Positions 1 to 9,833 of a DNA stretch of 64,000 nt are shown piece after piece. The stretch is from a virus: positions 29,822 through 93,821 of IMG/VR virus record IMGVR_UViG_3300009509_000031; one strand, written 5' to 3'. The stretch's first letter is position 1. Each line of letters opens with the position of its first letter. The notes beneath the pieces are model-generated. The model ran no database searches, was not told the origin of the DNA, and saw only the letters and a program-made list of their open reading frames with translations. The translations under genes and the position numbers were made by a program.

Positions 1-278
1 TCGTGGTGTTCAAGTGTAACCTTGCTAGTTTGCACACCACGTCTAACACCCGGATCCGTTGCTTCAGCTTTTGGAACAGCAACACGATTTGCAACGTTGA
101 TCTTTTCAATCAATCGTTGGGCAGCTCTAAACCGAATCAGCCTAGCACGATCCATCATACTAGACTCATCCATAACATAATCAACGAATCGGTTAGACTG
201 TTCCGGTTCCAACAGACCAGCATTGGCCATATTGGCGGTAGTGATTGCGGCTTTTGCCAAAAGTTCTTGGTTGGTCAT
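1..278 (-). CDS. Major capsid protein, 5' part (runs off window start)
   Basis: Not in the ORF track; hand translation from ATG at 278 gives MTNQELLAKAAITTANMANAGLLEPEQSNRFVDYVMDESSMMDRARLIRF...IEKINVANRV; AGGAG RBS upstream; follows the scaffold gene; G-L-x-P-E-Q-x-x-x-F N-terminus is typical of XkdG/HK97-fold capsids. Confidence 0.85.
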   Translation of the reverse strand, partial: MTNQELLAKAAITTANMANAGLLEPEQSNRFVDYVMDESSMMDRARLIRFRAAQRLIEKINVANRVAVPKAEATDPGVRRGVQTSKVTLEHH

Positions 279-327
279 TTTAATATCTCCTTATTTATGG
301 TCTTTAATAGTGGCGGCCAGAAATGAC

Positions 328-1764
328 CTATCCAAGAAAACGACCGCCCCAAAATGATTTTTTCGTTTCTTCAACCTCTTCAGGATCCCCATCAGCACTA
401 CTGCCCGGGTTTTCAACGTCAAGATCATCAACACGCTTTGTCAACGTAGCAACTTCTTCTTTAACAGCCTTAACCATCTCTTCCATCTTCGATCCAAACT
501 CTGCAAGTTTGGTAGTGATCAATTCAGACATTTGCTTTGACACATCTTCCAGACTATCAGAAATGGACTTCGCATCTGAATCCTGTGCTTGATCCTCAGT
601 CTTAGTCACATCATCTGCCTTAGTCTTATCAATGCTGTCTTCTTTTTGATCCGTTTTGTTGCCCATCTCATTAATCTCCTGTTTTTTAACATCCTTATTG
701 TTAAGGGCTGCTTCACCTTTAATTTCTTCAAGCAAAGCAACAAGTGTCTTTACAGCTGTTTCAAAACTAGAAAGCCTAGATCGTTTCATCTTTGCACCAG
801 CTTTCTGAATAAGAATTTCAGGATCCTTATCCCCACTGGCAACAAAGATTTTTACATCCCCGTCAAACAAATCGATCGTTTCATCTGTTTCAGCATCACC
901 ACCCTTATCAACAGTAACCGGTGCCATCTCTTTACCGATATCAACAAATTCTTTATCGTGATCAATATCAAGCGTTTTAACAAACATCACTTGACCGGCT
1001 GCTTTTGCAATCCGTTCATACGCATCAATAGGTGATAGCTGTTTTACGATAGCCGTATCAACTTTTTTAGCCGTTAGACTTTCTGCAATACTGCAAAACT
1101 CATTACAAGCTTCATCGGAAATGGTTTCTGCTGTTTCAACTTTAACGACTGTTGCAAGTGCCATCAGTCGATCCATAAGGGCCGTTTCATCCATCTTTTT
1201 AGTCTCCTTACTATTCCTTAACTGATCCTTAATTTGTTTCGACAACAGTTTATCAAGCGGATCATTCTCATCAAAAGAGGGTTTGATTTTATGCCGCAAC
1301 TCAGCTCTTACAATCCTCTCGTGAACAACAGCCTTACTTTTTTGTTGTGTATACGTATTCGCGAATTGCTTAAACCTAACCCGTGCATTTCGCGATCTTT
1401 CTGGAGTATCAAAAAAGAACTTTAGGTTTACCGGATCTCCATACTGATTAAGGTCCGTTGGCCCATCACTAGGAAACGACAACCGTTCACCCTTGTTTTC
1501 CAAGGCTTCAATACCGAACCTGCTAGCTCTCTCTTTTTGTGCTTTTCGCTTTTCATCAATAGATGCTGAAGCAGCCGGTACAGCCTGTTTACTGATAGCA
1601 TCCTGTTCTGCTTCAAAGTCTCTAACAACAGACAACCCGCCATCTTCATTTTTAACAATCAAAAATGTTCTGCGAATGGCCGGCTTATCAACAACGGATA
1701 CTTCCCTAACATCAACATCTTCAAGTTCTGTCGTTGCTCGCCTTTGTTTTGCATTACGTGCCAT
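328..1764 (-). CDS. Scaffold-like protein with N-terminal prohead-protease fragment and DUF6582-like domain
   Basis: N-terminal EVSVVDKPA protease strand; YGDPVNLKFFFDTPERSRNA (DUF6582-like); acidic coiled-coil C-terminus ending KKSFWGGRFLG; directly upstream of capsid gene. Confidence 0.7.
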   Translation of the reverse strand: MARNAKQRRATTELEDVDVREVSVVDKPAIRRTFLIVKNEDGGLSVVRDFEAEQDAISKQAVPAASASIDEKRKAQKERASRFGIEALENKGERLSFPSDGPTDLNQYGDPVNLKFFFDTPERSRNARVRFKQFANTYTQQKSKAVVHERIVRAELRHKIKPSFDENDPLDKLLSKQIKDQLRNSKETKKMDETALMDRLMALATVVKVETAETISDEACNEFCSIAESLTAKKVDTAIVKQLSPIDAYERIAKAAGQVMFVKTLDIDHDKEFVDIGKEMAPVTVDKGGDAETDETIDLFDGDVKIFVASGDKDPEILIQKAGAKMKRSRLSSFETAVKTLVALLEEIKGEAALNNKDVKKQEINEMGNKTDQKEDSIDKTKADDVTKTEDQAQDSDAKSISDSLEDVSKQMSELITTKLAEFGSKMEEMVKAVKEEVATLTKRVDDLDVENPGSSADGDPEEVEETKKSFWGGRFLG

Positions 1765-1795
1765 AACACACCTTACAAGTCAATTCTAATTATAA

Positions 1796-2800
1796 TCAAA
1801 CCTTCCTACGTCTTGCAAAGCCGCCTATAGAAAAACCGGTATACTTACCCGCTTTGATGTCTTTCCATAGTTGATCATCAAGAATGTGATACATAAGCAA
1901 CCACGATCCCTGTTTCACCTTTTGCCCGTTTAGTGTCCAATTAACAGGCGATATATAGCTCTCATAAATTTCCATTTTTGAGTTAGCTATTTGCTTATGC
2001 TGCACACCACGATCTTGAAACCTTGCCAACCATCTATGTGCGGCATTGGCAATAGTCGGTTTTTTACGAATTGTATCACCCTGTGCGTCAACTTCATTTG
2101 GCTCAAGAGCAATACCAAATACAATTCGTTGTTCCGTATCCGCTTTTTCTACCGGCAACAACTTAACGATAATATCATCAAGCTCTTTATCACTGGACTC
2201 AGCAATAGCTCTGCACACTGCACAGTTGCTACAGGTATCAGGCGAACACACCTTTTTTGTTTTACTAGACACCTTCAATACGCCAACAACAGCCTTTACA
2301 CCCTCAGTACCCTCAAAAGTAATCGTTCTAAACGAACCAGGTTTAAACGTTTCTGGATCCCGTTGACGAAATCTAAAACTCGTTTCTGTTTCATCCGGCT
2401 CTTTACCTTCAAACGTAACTTTAAAGCCGTGCTCTTTAATCCACTGTTTTGCAGCTGCTAGCGTTTTAAATTTCTCTTTATCTAGGATCAACGTTTGTAG
2501 GGTTGTTGTTGTCTGTTTAGTGAGCTGTATCTCATCAAGCTCTTCAATAGACAGCTGCAGCGTATCAACAGCAAAAATGGCGGAAATATCGTCAAGATAG
2601 TCTTTTACAACGTGATTAATGTCGCGGTTAGTCATCTCTTGAACAATTAAAAGATGGGCTGCAATAACCGCATCTTTTAATTGTTCAACAGAACTATGCA
2701 ACCGGTTGTGTTTATCCACCAGTTCAGAATCTGAAGCGTTAACTAGCCAATCAGACTCAATAGTCGTTTCAACAGCGGTAACACTCATTTGTGCTTCCAT
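1796..2800 (-). CDS. XkdF-like prohead serine protease (core domain)
   Basis: EQRIVFGIALEPNEVDAQGD...QH...ESY...GSWLL...LWKDIKAGKYTGFSIGG. Confidence 0.85.
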   Translation of the reverse strand: MEAQMSVTAVETTIESDWLVNASDSELVDKHNRLHSSVEQLKDAVIAAHLLIVQEMTNRDINHVVKDYLDDISAIFAVDTLQLSIEELDEIQLTKQTTTTLQTLILDKEKFKTLAAAKQWIKEHGFKVTFEGKEPDETETSFRFRQRDPETFKPGSFRTITFEGTEGVKAVVGVLKVSSKTKKVCSPDTCSNCAVCRAIAESSDKELDDIIVKLLPVEKADTEQRIVFGIALEPNEVDAQGDTIRKKPTIANAAHRWLARFQDRGVQHKQIANSKMEIYESYISPVNWTLNGQKVKQGSWLLMYHILDDQLWKDIKAGKYTGFSIGGFARRRKV

Positions 2801-2858
2801 ATGTAACTGTTATAACGAAATAGACTACCAAATACTGTGAACCTATATCAACATACTG

Positions 2859-3881
2859 CTAGTCTACAACAACCATCTCTGTCCTACATTCCCCATGAAA
2901 AGGCGGTATCAACGTTGCATCACCCCTACTAGCTGCTTCTTCAAGTCTAGCAGTTGCTAACCTGCTTCCTGTTTTTGCACCACCTATGATCGTTTCAGCT
3001 GCCTTACCGCTTAACCATGGTGCGATAGACTTTACATCTTTTGGGGTTTTAGCTGCTAGAATCCTGTTCATTTGAGAAACACCGGCAGCAACCGTTATAA
3101 CTTGTCCTGACATCTGCTGGCAAATCTTACCTGTTCTATCATCCATAGGATTTGTTAGCCTGAATCTAACAACCTCACCTTGCTGATAAGCCGTTAACCG
3201 GCCAAAAGTTCTTGCTTGGTGTGATGCAGTTGAAGCAACTTGTTTTAGATACAACTGACTGTTACCCGCGTACCTAGCAGGCACTTTAGGTGCAAACTTT
3301 GTTTTACCGCCGGTAACAAGTCCAAACTCTCTTTTCAACGCATCATTAAGCACAGTGGCCGCTTCATCATGCCCTAATCCCTGCTGCAGCAACACATCGT
3401 TACTTACAGCTCGAATCCTTGTACTTAACTTATCAGAATAAAAATCCCCGATCCAAAATACCTGTTGTTGATTAATCGCCTTCACAGCTCTTCTATCTAC
3501 AAGATCAAACACCGGTTTAAACTTAGCCTCTTTTGCCCCGATCTTTTTTGCGATCTTGTAAATTTCATTTACTTGTTTTTCAACAAACGCAATCTGTTCT
3601 TTTGTAAGCGGATCCCTAAGCTTCAAACCAAACTTTGCAAGAAAGGTATTTATCCGTTTTTGGGTATACGGACCTTTTTTCAGGGATTGTAACGACGCTG
3701 TAAGCGTCGTTTGTGCAGCTGTTTGCCAAGCAAGCGTGATAGCCTTTCTCATCCTCTCTTCCACTTTTGCGCTTTCTTTAACGGTACTGATCTTTGCTAT
3801 AGCAAACAATACACCGTCAATGGCACCAGCAAGCTCAAAAAGCTCTGTTGTGGTTATAGATGAAATAGGCTCTTTTAACAT
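2859..3881 (-). CDS. Head morphogenesis / minor capsid protein (Mu gpF, SPP1 gp7 family)
   Basis: MDDRTGKICQQMSG and C-terminal IPPFHGECRT motifs; between portal and protease. Confidence 0.85.
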   Translation of the reverse strand: MLKEPISSITTTELFELAGAIDGVLFAIAKISTVKESAKVEERMRKAITLAWQTAAQTTLTASLQSLKKGPYTQKRINTFLAKFGLKLRDPLTKEQIAFVEKQVNEIYKIAKKIGAKEAKFKPVFDLVDRRAVKAINQQQVFWIGDFYSDKLSTRIRAVSNDVLLQQGLGHDEAATVLNDALKREFGLVTGGKTKFAPKVPARYAGNSQLYLKQVASTASHQARTFGRLTAYQQGEVVRFRLTNPMDDRTGKICQQMSGQVITVAAGVSQMNRILAAKTPKDVKSIAPWLSGKAAETIIGGAKTGSRLATARLEEAASRGDATLIPPFHGECRTEMVVVD

Positions 3882-3889
3882 ATTACAGC

Positions 3890-4276
3890 TTACTTCAAAG
3901 AAAACTTACCGCCCCAAAAGTCTGCTTTTTCAATTTCCAAATCAACCAAATACTCTGGTTCACAATCCTCAGATCCGCCTTCATCCTTTTTCAGATTTTT
4001 AATAGGGACAAATACAGCCTTAACTTCTTCCGGTTCACCAAGCTGAATATTCCCGTTTTCATCCCTTGACAGAGAAAGCCTAAATTTCTTTCGCGTTTCA
4101 CAATCAAGAGTAATAACATGATCCTTATAAATATGAGTAAGGATCAAACTCCTACTGAGTTTAGTCTTGAACCTGCCCAATGCTTGGATAATCTTACCTG
4201 GCAACTCGCCAAGCTCTTCACCATCCTTCAAGTCTATCTTGTACACTTCAACGATCTGTTGTTGCTTAACACGCAT
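3890..4276 (-). CDS. Hypothetical head-module protein with scaffold-like C-terminal motif
   Basis: 128 aa ORF between portal and gpF-like gene; ends EKADFWGGKFSLK. Confidence 0.65.
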   Translation of the reverse strand: MRVKQQQIVEVYKIDLKDGEELGELPGKIIQALGRFKTKLSRSLILTHIYKDHVITLDCETRKKFRLSLSRDENGNIQLGEPEEVKAVFVPIKNLKKDEGGSEDCEPEYLVDLEIEKADFWGGKFSLK

Positions 4277-4286
4277 AACACACCCC

Positions 4287-5972
4287 TTACTCGTCTAGGT
4301 TTAATACACGGCTTTCAAGTTCATCTTCGATCCGCTTTCTCAAACTCAACAACCCAGATATTAATTTACCAGTTTGTTGATCAGCTGGAAGCGTTGGTGA
4401 CTGTGATCCACTTCGTGAACTACCCTGCATCCCCTGTTGTGCTTGTGCAAAAGAGATAGAAAACGGGATATCAAGATCAATACCTTTTGGCAACGGCCCG
4501 ATATCATCACCGTATACATCCCTAACAATACGATCAGCCCGTCTAGGTGTCATACCGCCGGCACGTTCAGCAAAAGCCAGCAATCTGATCAACTCAATGT
4601 CATCAGTAATATTTGGCGTGTTTGATCTAAACGTATGAAAACGAGCGTTCCACCTAGAAAGTATAAACCTGTTAATCAAAAAATCATCACGAGATCGTTC
4701 CGGTGCAAACACCTGTTCATCCGCGATATCTCGTGAAGTATCAGCAGTGGCCCTAGTATAGTCATCACTCCTACCAACAAATATAGGCGGTAGCCTAAAC
4801 GCTTGTCTTAGTTTATCCCGATTATTAGCATCATATTTTTGAAACAACTGATCGTCTTTTTGCATCTGTGCAAGCGGGATCACCTTAATTTTAAAATTAG
4901 GCGGTGCCGGTGCACCCTCATCAAGTGTCTCACCTTCAAGGATTAGAAACTTTGATCGGTTTAAACTTGCTGCAACTTGCTGTTCAGTCCATTCCCTCAA
5001 ACGTGTAATAGACGCTTGTGTCAACATTCCGTTTTCAACAATAACAAACATTGACGGAATCATGTTATTCGTCAAGCTAGTGTAATTAAGCTCTTCAGAT
5101 TTACGCGATCCATAAATAGAAAAAAGATTACCTATCCAGTCTGGAATACCATACGCTGTAAGCGTGCTATGAACTTTAAAATGAACAAGGCTAGTCGCTC
5201 TAATACTTGGTGGCGTATTTTCATCATACTCACCAGTTTGTTTATTTAATGATCTTGGATCCCCTGCTTCTTTAAACCAAATTGGCTTACCGTGTCTGAG
5301 CAACACAAACTTTCTAAACCGGTGACTCATCGGTTTTAATTCATATGTAAAGTTTCTTGCAGGATTTACCCATGGAACAAAAACCTTTGTTGGTTTTTTA
5401 TCCTGTTCAGTAAGCCTTACTTCATATGACCTAATATAGTTGACACCAACAAGTTCACCGTTTCTCGGATTATCAATCAGCTCAAGATACCCATTACCGT
5501 TTGAATGCTGATCATCTTTTGCACTTTCACGAAGCATTGTTAACGACTGTGTTGGATGCACAGTTTCTAACATAGCCGTTAGTCGCAATCGCTCTATCTC
5601 AATTTCCTCTTTAAACTTATCTCTAACACCGTCGGGCATTCTTCTTTCCCGAAGCTGATAACCAAACCCAACAGTGTTTGTAATCATCGATCTAATACAC
5701 TGTGTTAACTCTGTGCTCTGCTCTTTAAGGGCTGTTAACTGCCCTAACGGATAACGCGGTGTAAGTATTTTATGCTTACCAAATCGTTTATCAGAAAACG
5801 GATCTGGTTCATCCGCGTTAGATGATGGTGGTAGGTTTGAATCGGGGGAATCAATGAAAGTGGCTTTTAGGATCGCTGTTCGTTTATTTCCTTCGGAATC
5901 CCTGCCATGCAACTTGATAATAGACTGGTTCGGATTAGCTGACGATGTTACAGCTTTCCTTGTTCTTGCCAT
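4287..5972 (-). CDS. Portal protein (PBSX/P2-like)
   Basis: GNGYLEL, YGIPDW, AFRLPPIFVG, YTRATA motifs; 561 aa; downstream of terminase. Confidence 0.9.
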   Translation of the reverse strand: MARTRKAVTSSANPNQSIIKLHGRDSEGNKRTAILKATFIDSPDSNLPPSSNADEPDPFSDKRFGKHKILTPRYPLGQLTALKEQSTELTQCIRSMITNTVGFGYQLRERRMPDGVRDKFKEEIEIERLRLTAMLETVHPTQSLTMLRESAKDDQHSNGNGYLELIDNPRNGELVGVNYIRSYEVRLTEQDKKPTKVFVPWVNPARNFTYELKPMSHRFRKFVLLRHGKPIWFKEAGDPRSLNKQTGEYDENTPPSIRATSLVHFKVHSTLTAYGIPDWIGNLFSIYGSRKSEELNYTSLTNNMIPSMFVIVENGMLTQASITRLREWTEQQVAASLNRSKFLILEGETLDEGAPAPPNFKIKVIPLAQMQKDDQLFQKYDANNRDKLRQAFRLPPIFVGRSDDYTRATADTSRDIADEQVFAPERSRDDFLINRFILSRWNARFHTFRSNTPNITDDIELIRLLAFAERAGGMTPRRADRIVRDVYGDDIGPLPKGIDLDIPFSISFAQAQQGMQGSSRSGSQSPTLPADQQTGKLISGLLSLRKRIEDELESRVLNLDE

Positions 5973-5994
5973 GATGATCCATTACAGTAATTGA

Positions 5995-6035
5995 AACCGG
6001 GCTGATAGGTAATAACAAACCGTATCAGCCCGGTT
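5995..6035 (-). terminator. Intergenic hairpin (possible terminator or processing site)
   Basis: AACCGGGCTGATA ... TATCAGCCCGGTT inverted repeat. Confidence 0.5.
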
Positions 6036-6043
6036 AACAGTGG

Positions 6044-6550
6044 TTAGCTTACTGCGGATGTTTTTACGTACTGAAACGATTCAAGGTGAAACACAAACGT
6101 CACATTTGTAACGTCATCAGTTTCAATCTTGATGTTTCCTTCATCATCCGTGATCAGTACAACACCCTTGATATAATCAGAACCGATCGCGCCAGTCATT
6201 GCAAAGGTTCTTACAGTATCATCGTTATCAGGGGTATCACCATGGGCATACTTGACGTTATTAACCGCTGCTTCAGCGTTAACTAGTTCAAGAGTACCCA
6301 TCAACTTAACAGCTTCACCAGTACGGATCGGATTAGTCAAAACAGCATTCAAAGCAGTGATGATATCGTAATCTTCCCAAGTATCGTTTACTGCAGCCGT
6401 AAATGCTGCCGTTTCAACATTACTAGGTACCCTATGTTCCTGTAGCATCGCCATTAGTGCGGCAAGATGCACATTACCAGCCTTCACCACACCCTTACCA
6501 ATATTTGCTTGCCCATCAAAATACTCAGTGGGAATAGCACCAACCTTCAT
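6044..6550 (-). CDS. Hypothetical protein, possibly virion-associated
   Basis: ATG at 6550 with AGGAG RBS; Ala/Thr/Asp-rich. Confidence 0.7.
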   Translation of the reverse strand: MKVGAIPTEYFDGQANIGKGVVKAGNVHLAALMAMLQEHRVPSNVETAAFTAAVNDTWEDYDIITALNAVLTNPIRTGEAVKLMGTLELVNAEAAVNNVKYAHGDTPDNDDTVRTFAMTGAIGSDYIKGVVLITDDEGNIKIETDDVTNVTFVFHLESFQYVKTSAVS

Positions 6551-6585
6551 AATTAAACTCCTATGTTCGATTAAGCCAAATAACA

Positions 6586-6614
6586 AAATGGTGGGGCGTT
6601 ACACCCCACCATTT
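6586..6614 (-). terminator. Intrinsic terminator-like hairpin
   Basis: AAATGGTGGGG...CCCCACCATTT followed by T-rich run on minus strand. Confidence 0.55.
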
Positions 6615-6631
6615 AATAACACTGTAACTGA

Positions 6632-6961
6632 CTACTCCCAAACCTGCCAAGAAAGCTCTTCACCATCTGCATCATTGATATCAGCCAAACCAGCTGGAAT
6701 CCGGAACCCCGGGTTGCCGTTGCTATCCGGATCAAGCGGTGCAATACCACCACTAGCAACAACCGATCGGGTTCCGTCCGACGCGGTTTTGACCATACGG
6801 CCACTTGCCAAGCTATCGTTCCATTCAACTTGAATGTTGTTCGTCAGGTTGTTAACCACAACCCTACGGGGCTTAAACTGCAGGATCCTAACATCCAAGT
6901 TCTCAGAAAGATCAGATGTCAAGGTTCCAGCTTCATACCGCGATCCAACAGTGCTAGACAT
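6632..6961 (-). CDS. Hypothetical protein, possibly virion-associated
   Basis: 109 aa; AAGGAG RBS. Confidence 0.7.
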   Translation of the reverse strand: MSSTVGSRYEAGTLTSDLSENLDVRILQFKPRRVVVNNLTNNIQVEWNDSLASGRMVKTASDGTRSVVASGGIAPLDPDSNGNPGFRIPAGLADINDADGEELSWQVWE

Positions 6962-7047
6962 TTTCTAATTCTCCTTACGTTGAAGTTATAGGGCTTATGT
7001 TGTAATCCCTTTTATCATAGAAATGTAGTCTATCAATAAATAAGAAG

Positions 7048-8517
7048 TCAAATCAAGCCAACCTCTGATTTTCTCTTCTTTTTAACACCCCTTAATCCCA
7101 TAGTTACCGCCAAATCAAACGCATCAAACAAATCTTTTGGTCCGTTCGGAAACGCACACATTCGCCTGATAAACCTGCCGTGTTGCCTTAACACATATAT
7201 TGGCTTATCAGGCCCAAAAATTGTTGTCAGTTGGTTTGCTCTAACAACCTTATCCTTATTTGTCCAAACCCCAACTGTTGGAATGTGCGGCGATAAATAC
7301 TGCATCATCTGCACCATCACTTGTTGATAGGCGTTGCTTTCAATACCTACTCTAACAGTATCAGGATGGGAATCAAACCGCTCATTAATTAGATTTATCT
7401 GTTTTGGAAACGTTATCCGCGTTTCCCTATACGCGATTAAAAAACAATCCTTACTTGATTTAGTTACGCATAATGTTACGTGTGCAAAAAATGCGTTTAT
7501 ATCTTTCTGACTTGCTGCAAGATCAACACCCTGCCATTTGATCACATCTTGGGGCAACTGATCATAATACTTGAAATGTTCTTGTGTGAATATACCGCCA
7601 AGAGAAACACCAGCCCGACACATCCACTGAAGCTCAAAAGCTGCTAAATTGCCCCGTCTGATCCTGTGCATTCGTTCGGTAGGAAACTGCTCTTCCCAAA
7701 CAGATTGATCCGTTTCTTCATCAAGAACACCAAACACAAAAGAACTTTCAACGTAATCACCTCCCCTTTTCGTATCAGATAACCAGCCATACAAATCTTC
7801 TTCGTGCCACCTTGTGCCGATTAGCCACAACCTACCACCCGGCTCTAAACACGGTAACAACGTTTTATAGAACCAGTCTTTAAGTTTATTCCTTTGCCCT
7901 TCAGTTGTCGTATTATCTGCCGTACACAAATCATCACCAAGAATTAAATCATAGTGTCTAGATGGTAGAGCTGTTTCTGTTCCAATTGCGTGAACAGTTG
8001 GTTCTTTTAATCCAATAGCCGTTCTTTTACCAACGATGATTTCATCATCTGCCCATTTTTCAGCACCGGCAACAAAATTACCAAATATGGCGATCAGTTC
8101 TTCATTCTTTTCAAGATGAGACTTAACACCGCGAAGTAAGGTCTTTGACTGGCCGGCAGCATCAGAAGCTAGCAAGATCCGAATATTCGGGTTTCTAACA
8201 ATCTCAAACAGAATTCTTACTTCTGTACAGTAATGACTTTTTCTCGCACCTCTAAACGATAAAATTAAACCCTCAGAATACTGTTCTTGATGTTCCATCA
8301 TTTCATGGTGGAACCACATAGGAGAATCACCACCAGGTGGGTTTTCGTGGCAACGATCAACAACAAACTCGGCAAAGATATCTATCCTGCCATACTTCAA
8401 CACAAGCTCTCTAATCTTTGCTCGCCTTGCTGCTTTTGCATTGTCGTATTGTTTGCTGTATACATGCCTTTCTTTTAAGCGTTGTTTATCCCGTTTAGTA
8501 TAAATCGGCGTTCCCAT
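7048..8517 (-). CDS. terL: Terminase large subunit
   Basis: Walker A-like FRGARKS, Walker B LILGDD, motif C IGTRWH, nuclease GVDLA and DLFDA. Confidence 0.93.
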   Translation of the reverse strand: MGTPIYTKRDKQRLKERHVYSKQYDNAKAARRAKIRELVLKYGRIDIFAEFVVDRCHENPPGGDSPMWFHHEMMEHQEQYSEGLILSFRGARKSHYCTEVRILFEIVRNPNIRILLASDAAGQSKTLLRGVKSHLEKNEELIAIFGNFVAGAEKWADDEIIVGKRTAIGLKEPTVHAIGTETALPSRHYDLILGDDLCTADNTTTEGQRNKLKDWFYKTLLPCLEPGGRLWLIGTRWHEEDLYGWLSDTKRGGDYVESSFVFGVLDEETDQSVWEEQFPTERMHRIRRGNLAAFELQWMCRAGVSLGGIFTQEHFKYYDQLPQDVIKWQGVDLAASQKDINAFFAHVTLCVTKSSKDCFLIAYRETRITFPKQINLINERFDSHPDTVRVGIESNAYQQVMVQMMQYLSPHIPTVGVWTNKDKVVRANQLTTIFGPDKPIYVLRQHGRFIRRMCAFPNGPKDLFDAFDLAVTMGLRGVKKKRKSEVGLI

Positions 8518-8846
8518 TATTTAAGCCGTTTTTGTTTTTCTTTCTCAATATAAATAGACAGCCGATCAGTATGTGACTTACTTGTCAAATCAGCAATCAC
8601 ACCAGCAAGCACAGATGTTAAAATATCGGATTGAACACCGGCAGCAATAAGCCTAGCAATTAACTTCCTAACTCTAATACCAACTTCCTTTACTCTATTT
8701 ACGTGTGAAGCTGGTAATGCTTCATCAAGCTCTTGCTGCACAAGTTGCCACGCAAACTCTCTAATCTTTATCGGATCAAGCCCGTTTGCGGCTAATACAT
8801 CGTTCACTTCCCTAATAGACAGGTATTCTTCTTCGTTATCACTCAT
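8517..8846 (-). CDS. Hypothetical protein
   Basis: ATG at 8846 overlaps upstream stop (ATGA); its stop overlaps terL start. Confidence 0.65.
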   Translation of the reverse strand: MSDNEEEYLSIREVNDVLAANGLDPIKIREFAWQLVQQELDEALPASHVNRVKEVGIRVRKLIARLIAAGVQSDILTSVLAGVIADLTSKSHTDRLSIYIEKEKQKRLK

Positions 8847-9529
8847 TCCGGCCCTTGCTGCAGCTTTGATAATTCTAGGGCAAACCATCCCCTTACTATT
8901 TTTTTGAAAGGCCAGCACCAACCGTAATTCGGACCAGTGAATTGACTGACTAACCACGATAAAGCCTCATCACTTTCAGCCCATGTTCGATCTGTTTCAA
9001 ACCAGCCACGCAATGTTTGAATATAGCCGGCTCTTTCAAATCTAGCCCTAAAGTACGCAAACACTATCGGAAACGGAAACAACAAATACAGTACAAACAT
9101 CCCAAACACGGAATACCGCAAGAACTGCCTTAAATGCTCTCTTTCATGCTTCAAACAAACATAAACACGATTTTCCCAATTCTGTGATCTGTTTTTTATA
9201 CGTTCAGAATGCTGCCCACTAAACCCGATCATCCTGCCTAATGTTGTTGTGAACCCTGGTAAAAATCGCCTATTACCGCCGAACGTAAAGATTACAATAA
9301 TCCAATGTAGTAACTTCCAATACCAATGATCTTCTTTATACTGCAATACGAGCAACGGAAACTCATTCCGCAATTCCATACATAACCGGTCTAGCAGTCC
9401 GTTTCGGCTTACTGTAAGGCTTACTTCTCCGAACCGGTGTGTTACAAACACTGGCTGTTCGTTTATTCCGTTTTGTTGGTTTAACGATTTGTTTTCTGTT
9501 CGGCTGTTGTTGTTTGTCAAATCTGTCAA
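8843..9529 (-). CDS. Membrane protein with HExxH motif (putative metallopeptidase)
   Basis: HEREH motif followed by hydrophobic segment and RARFERAGY. Confidence 0.6.
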   Translation of the reverse strand: MTDLTNNNSRTENKSLNQQNGINEQPVFVTHRFGEVSLTVSRNGLLDRLCMELRNEFPLLVLQYKEDHWYWKLLHWIIVIFTFGGNRRFLPGFTTTLGRMIGFSGQHSERIKNRSQNWENRVYVCLKHEREHLRQFLRYSVFGMFVLYLLFPFPIVFAYFRARFERAGYIQTLRGWFETDRTWAESDEALSWLVSQFTGPNYGWCWPFKKIVRGWFALELSKLQQGPE

Positions 9530-9722
9530 GTGTCACCTTTGCGTGGTGCTCTATAGCACCGTTACTAGATACCGGTTGGCAAATAGTTGTGTTCTGTTCT
9601 GCAGTAACAGCAACCATAAATCGTAAAGATCCAGGTGCTTCTTTTTTTAGCTTAACCAGCATACTGCAAAACCCAATAACATCAGCTAGCGTGTTCAACA
9701 CAAGTATCTTTGTTGTTTTCAT
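9363..9722 (-). CDS. Hypothetical protein
   Basis: ATG at 9722 just downstream of an AT-rich promoter-like gap; 3' part overlaps next gene. Confidence 0.5.
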   Translation of the reverse strand: MKTTKILVLNTLADVIGFCSMLVKLKKEAPGSLRFMVAVTAEQNTTICQPVSSNGAIEHHAKVTLDRFDKQQQPNRKQIVKPTKRNKRTASVCNTPVRRSKPYSKPKRTARPVMYGIAE

Positions 9723-9833
9723 GTTGATTGATTATCACAATAAAAACAACAAAGCAAAGAAAAAGTGCATTCTAAATTGACTGCATAACATCAATATGTT
9801 ATTGGCTAGTTAGAAAGCTTATTGGATAAACGT

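Noticed and set aside
3-326. Plus-strand 107-aa ORF and most other plus-strand ORFs in the track
   Set aside because: They are antisense shadows of well-supported minus-strand genes (here the major capsid gene), with no motifs or RBS
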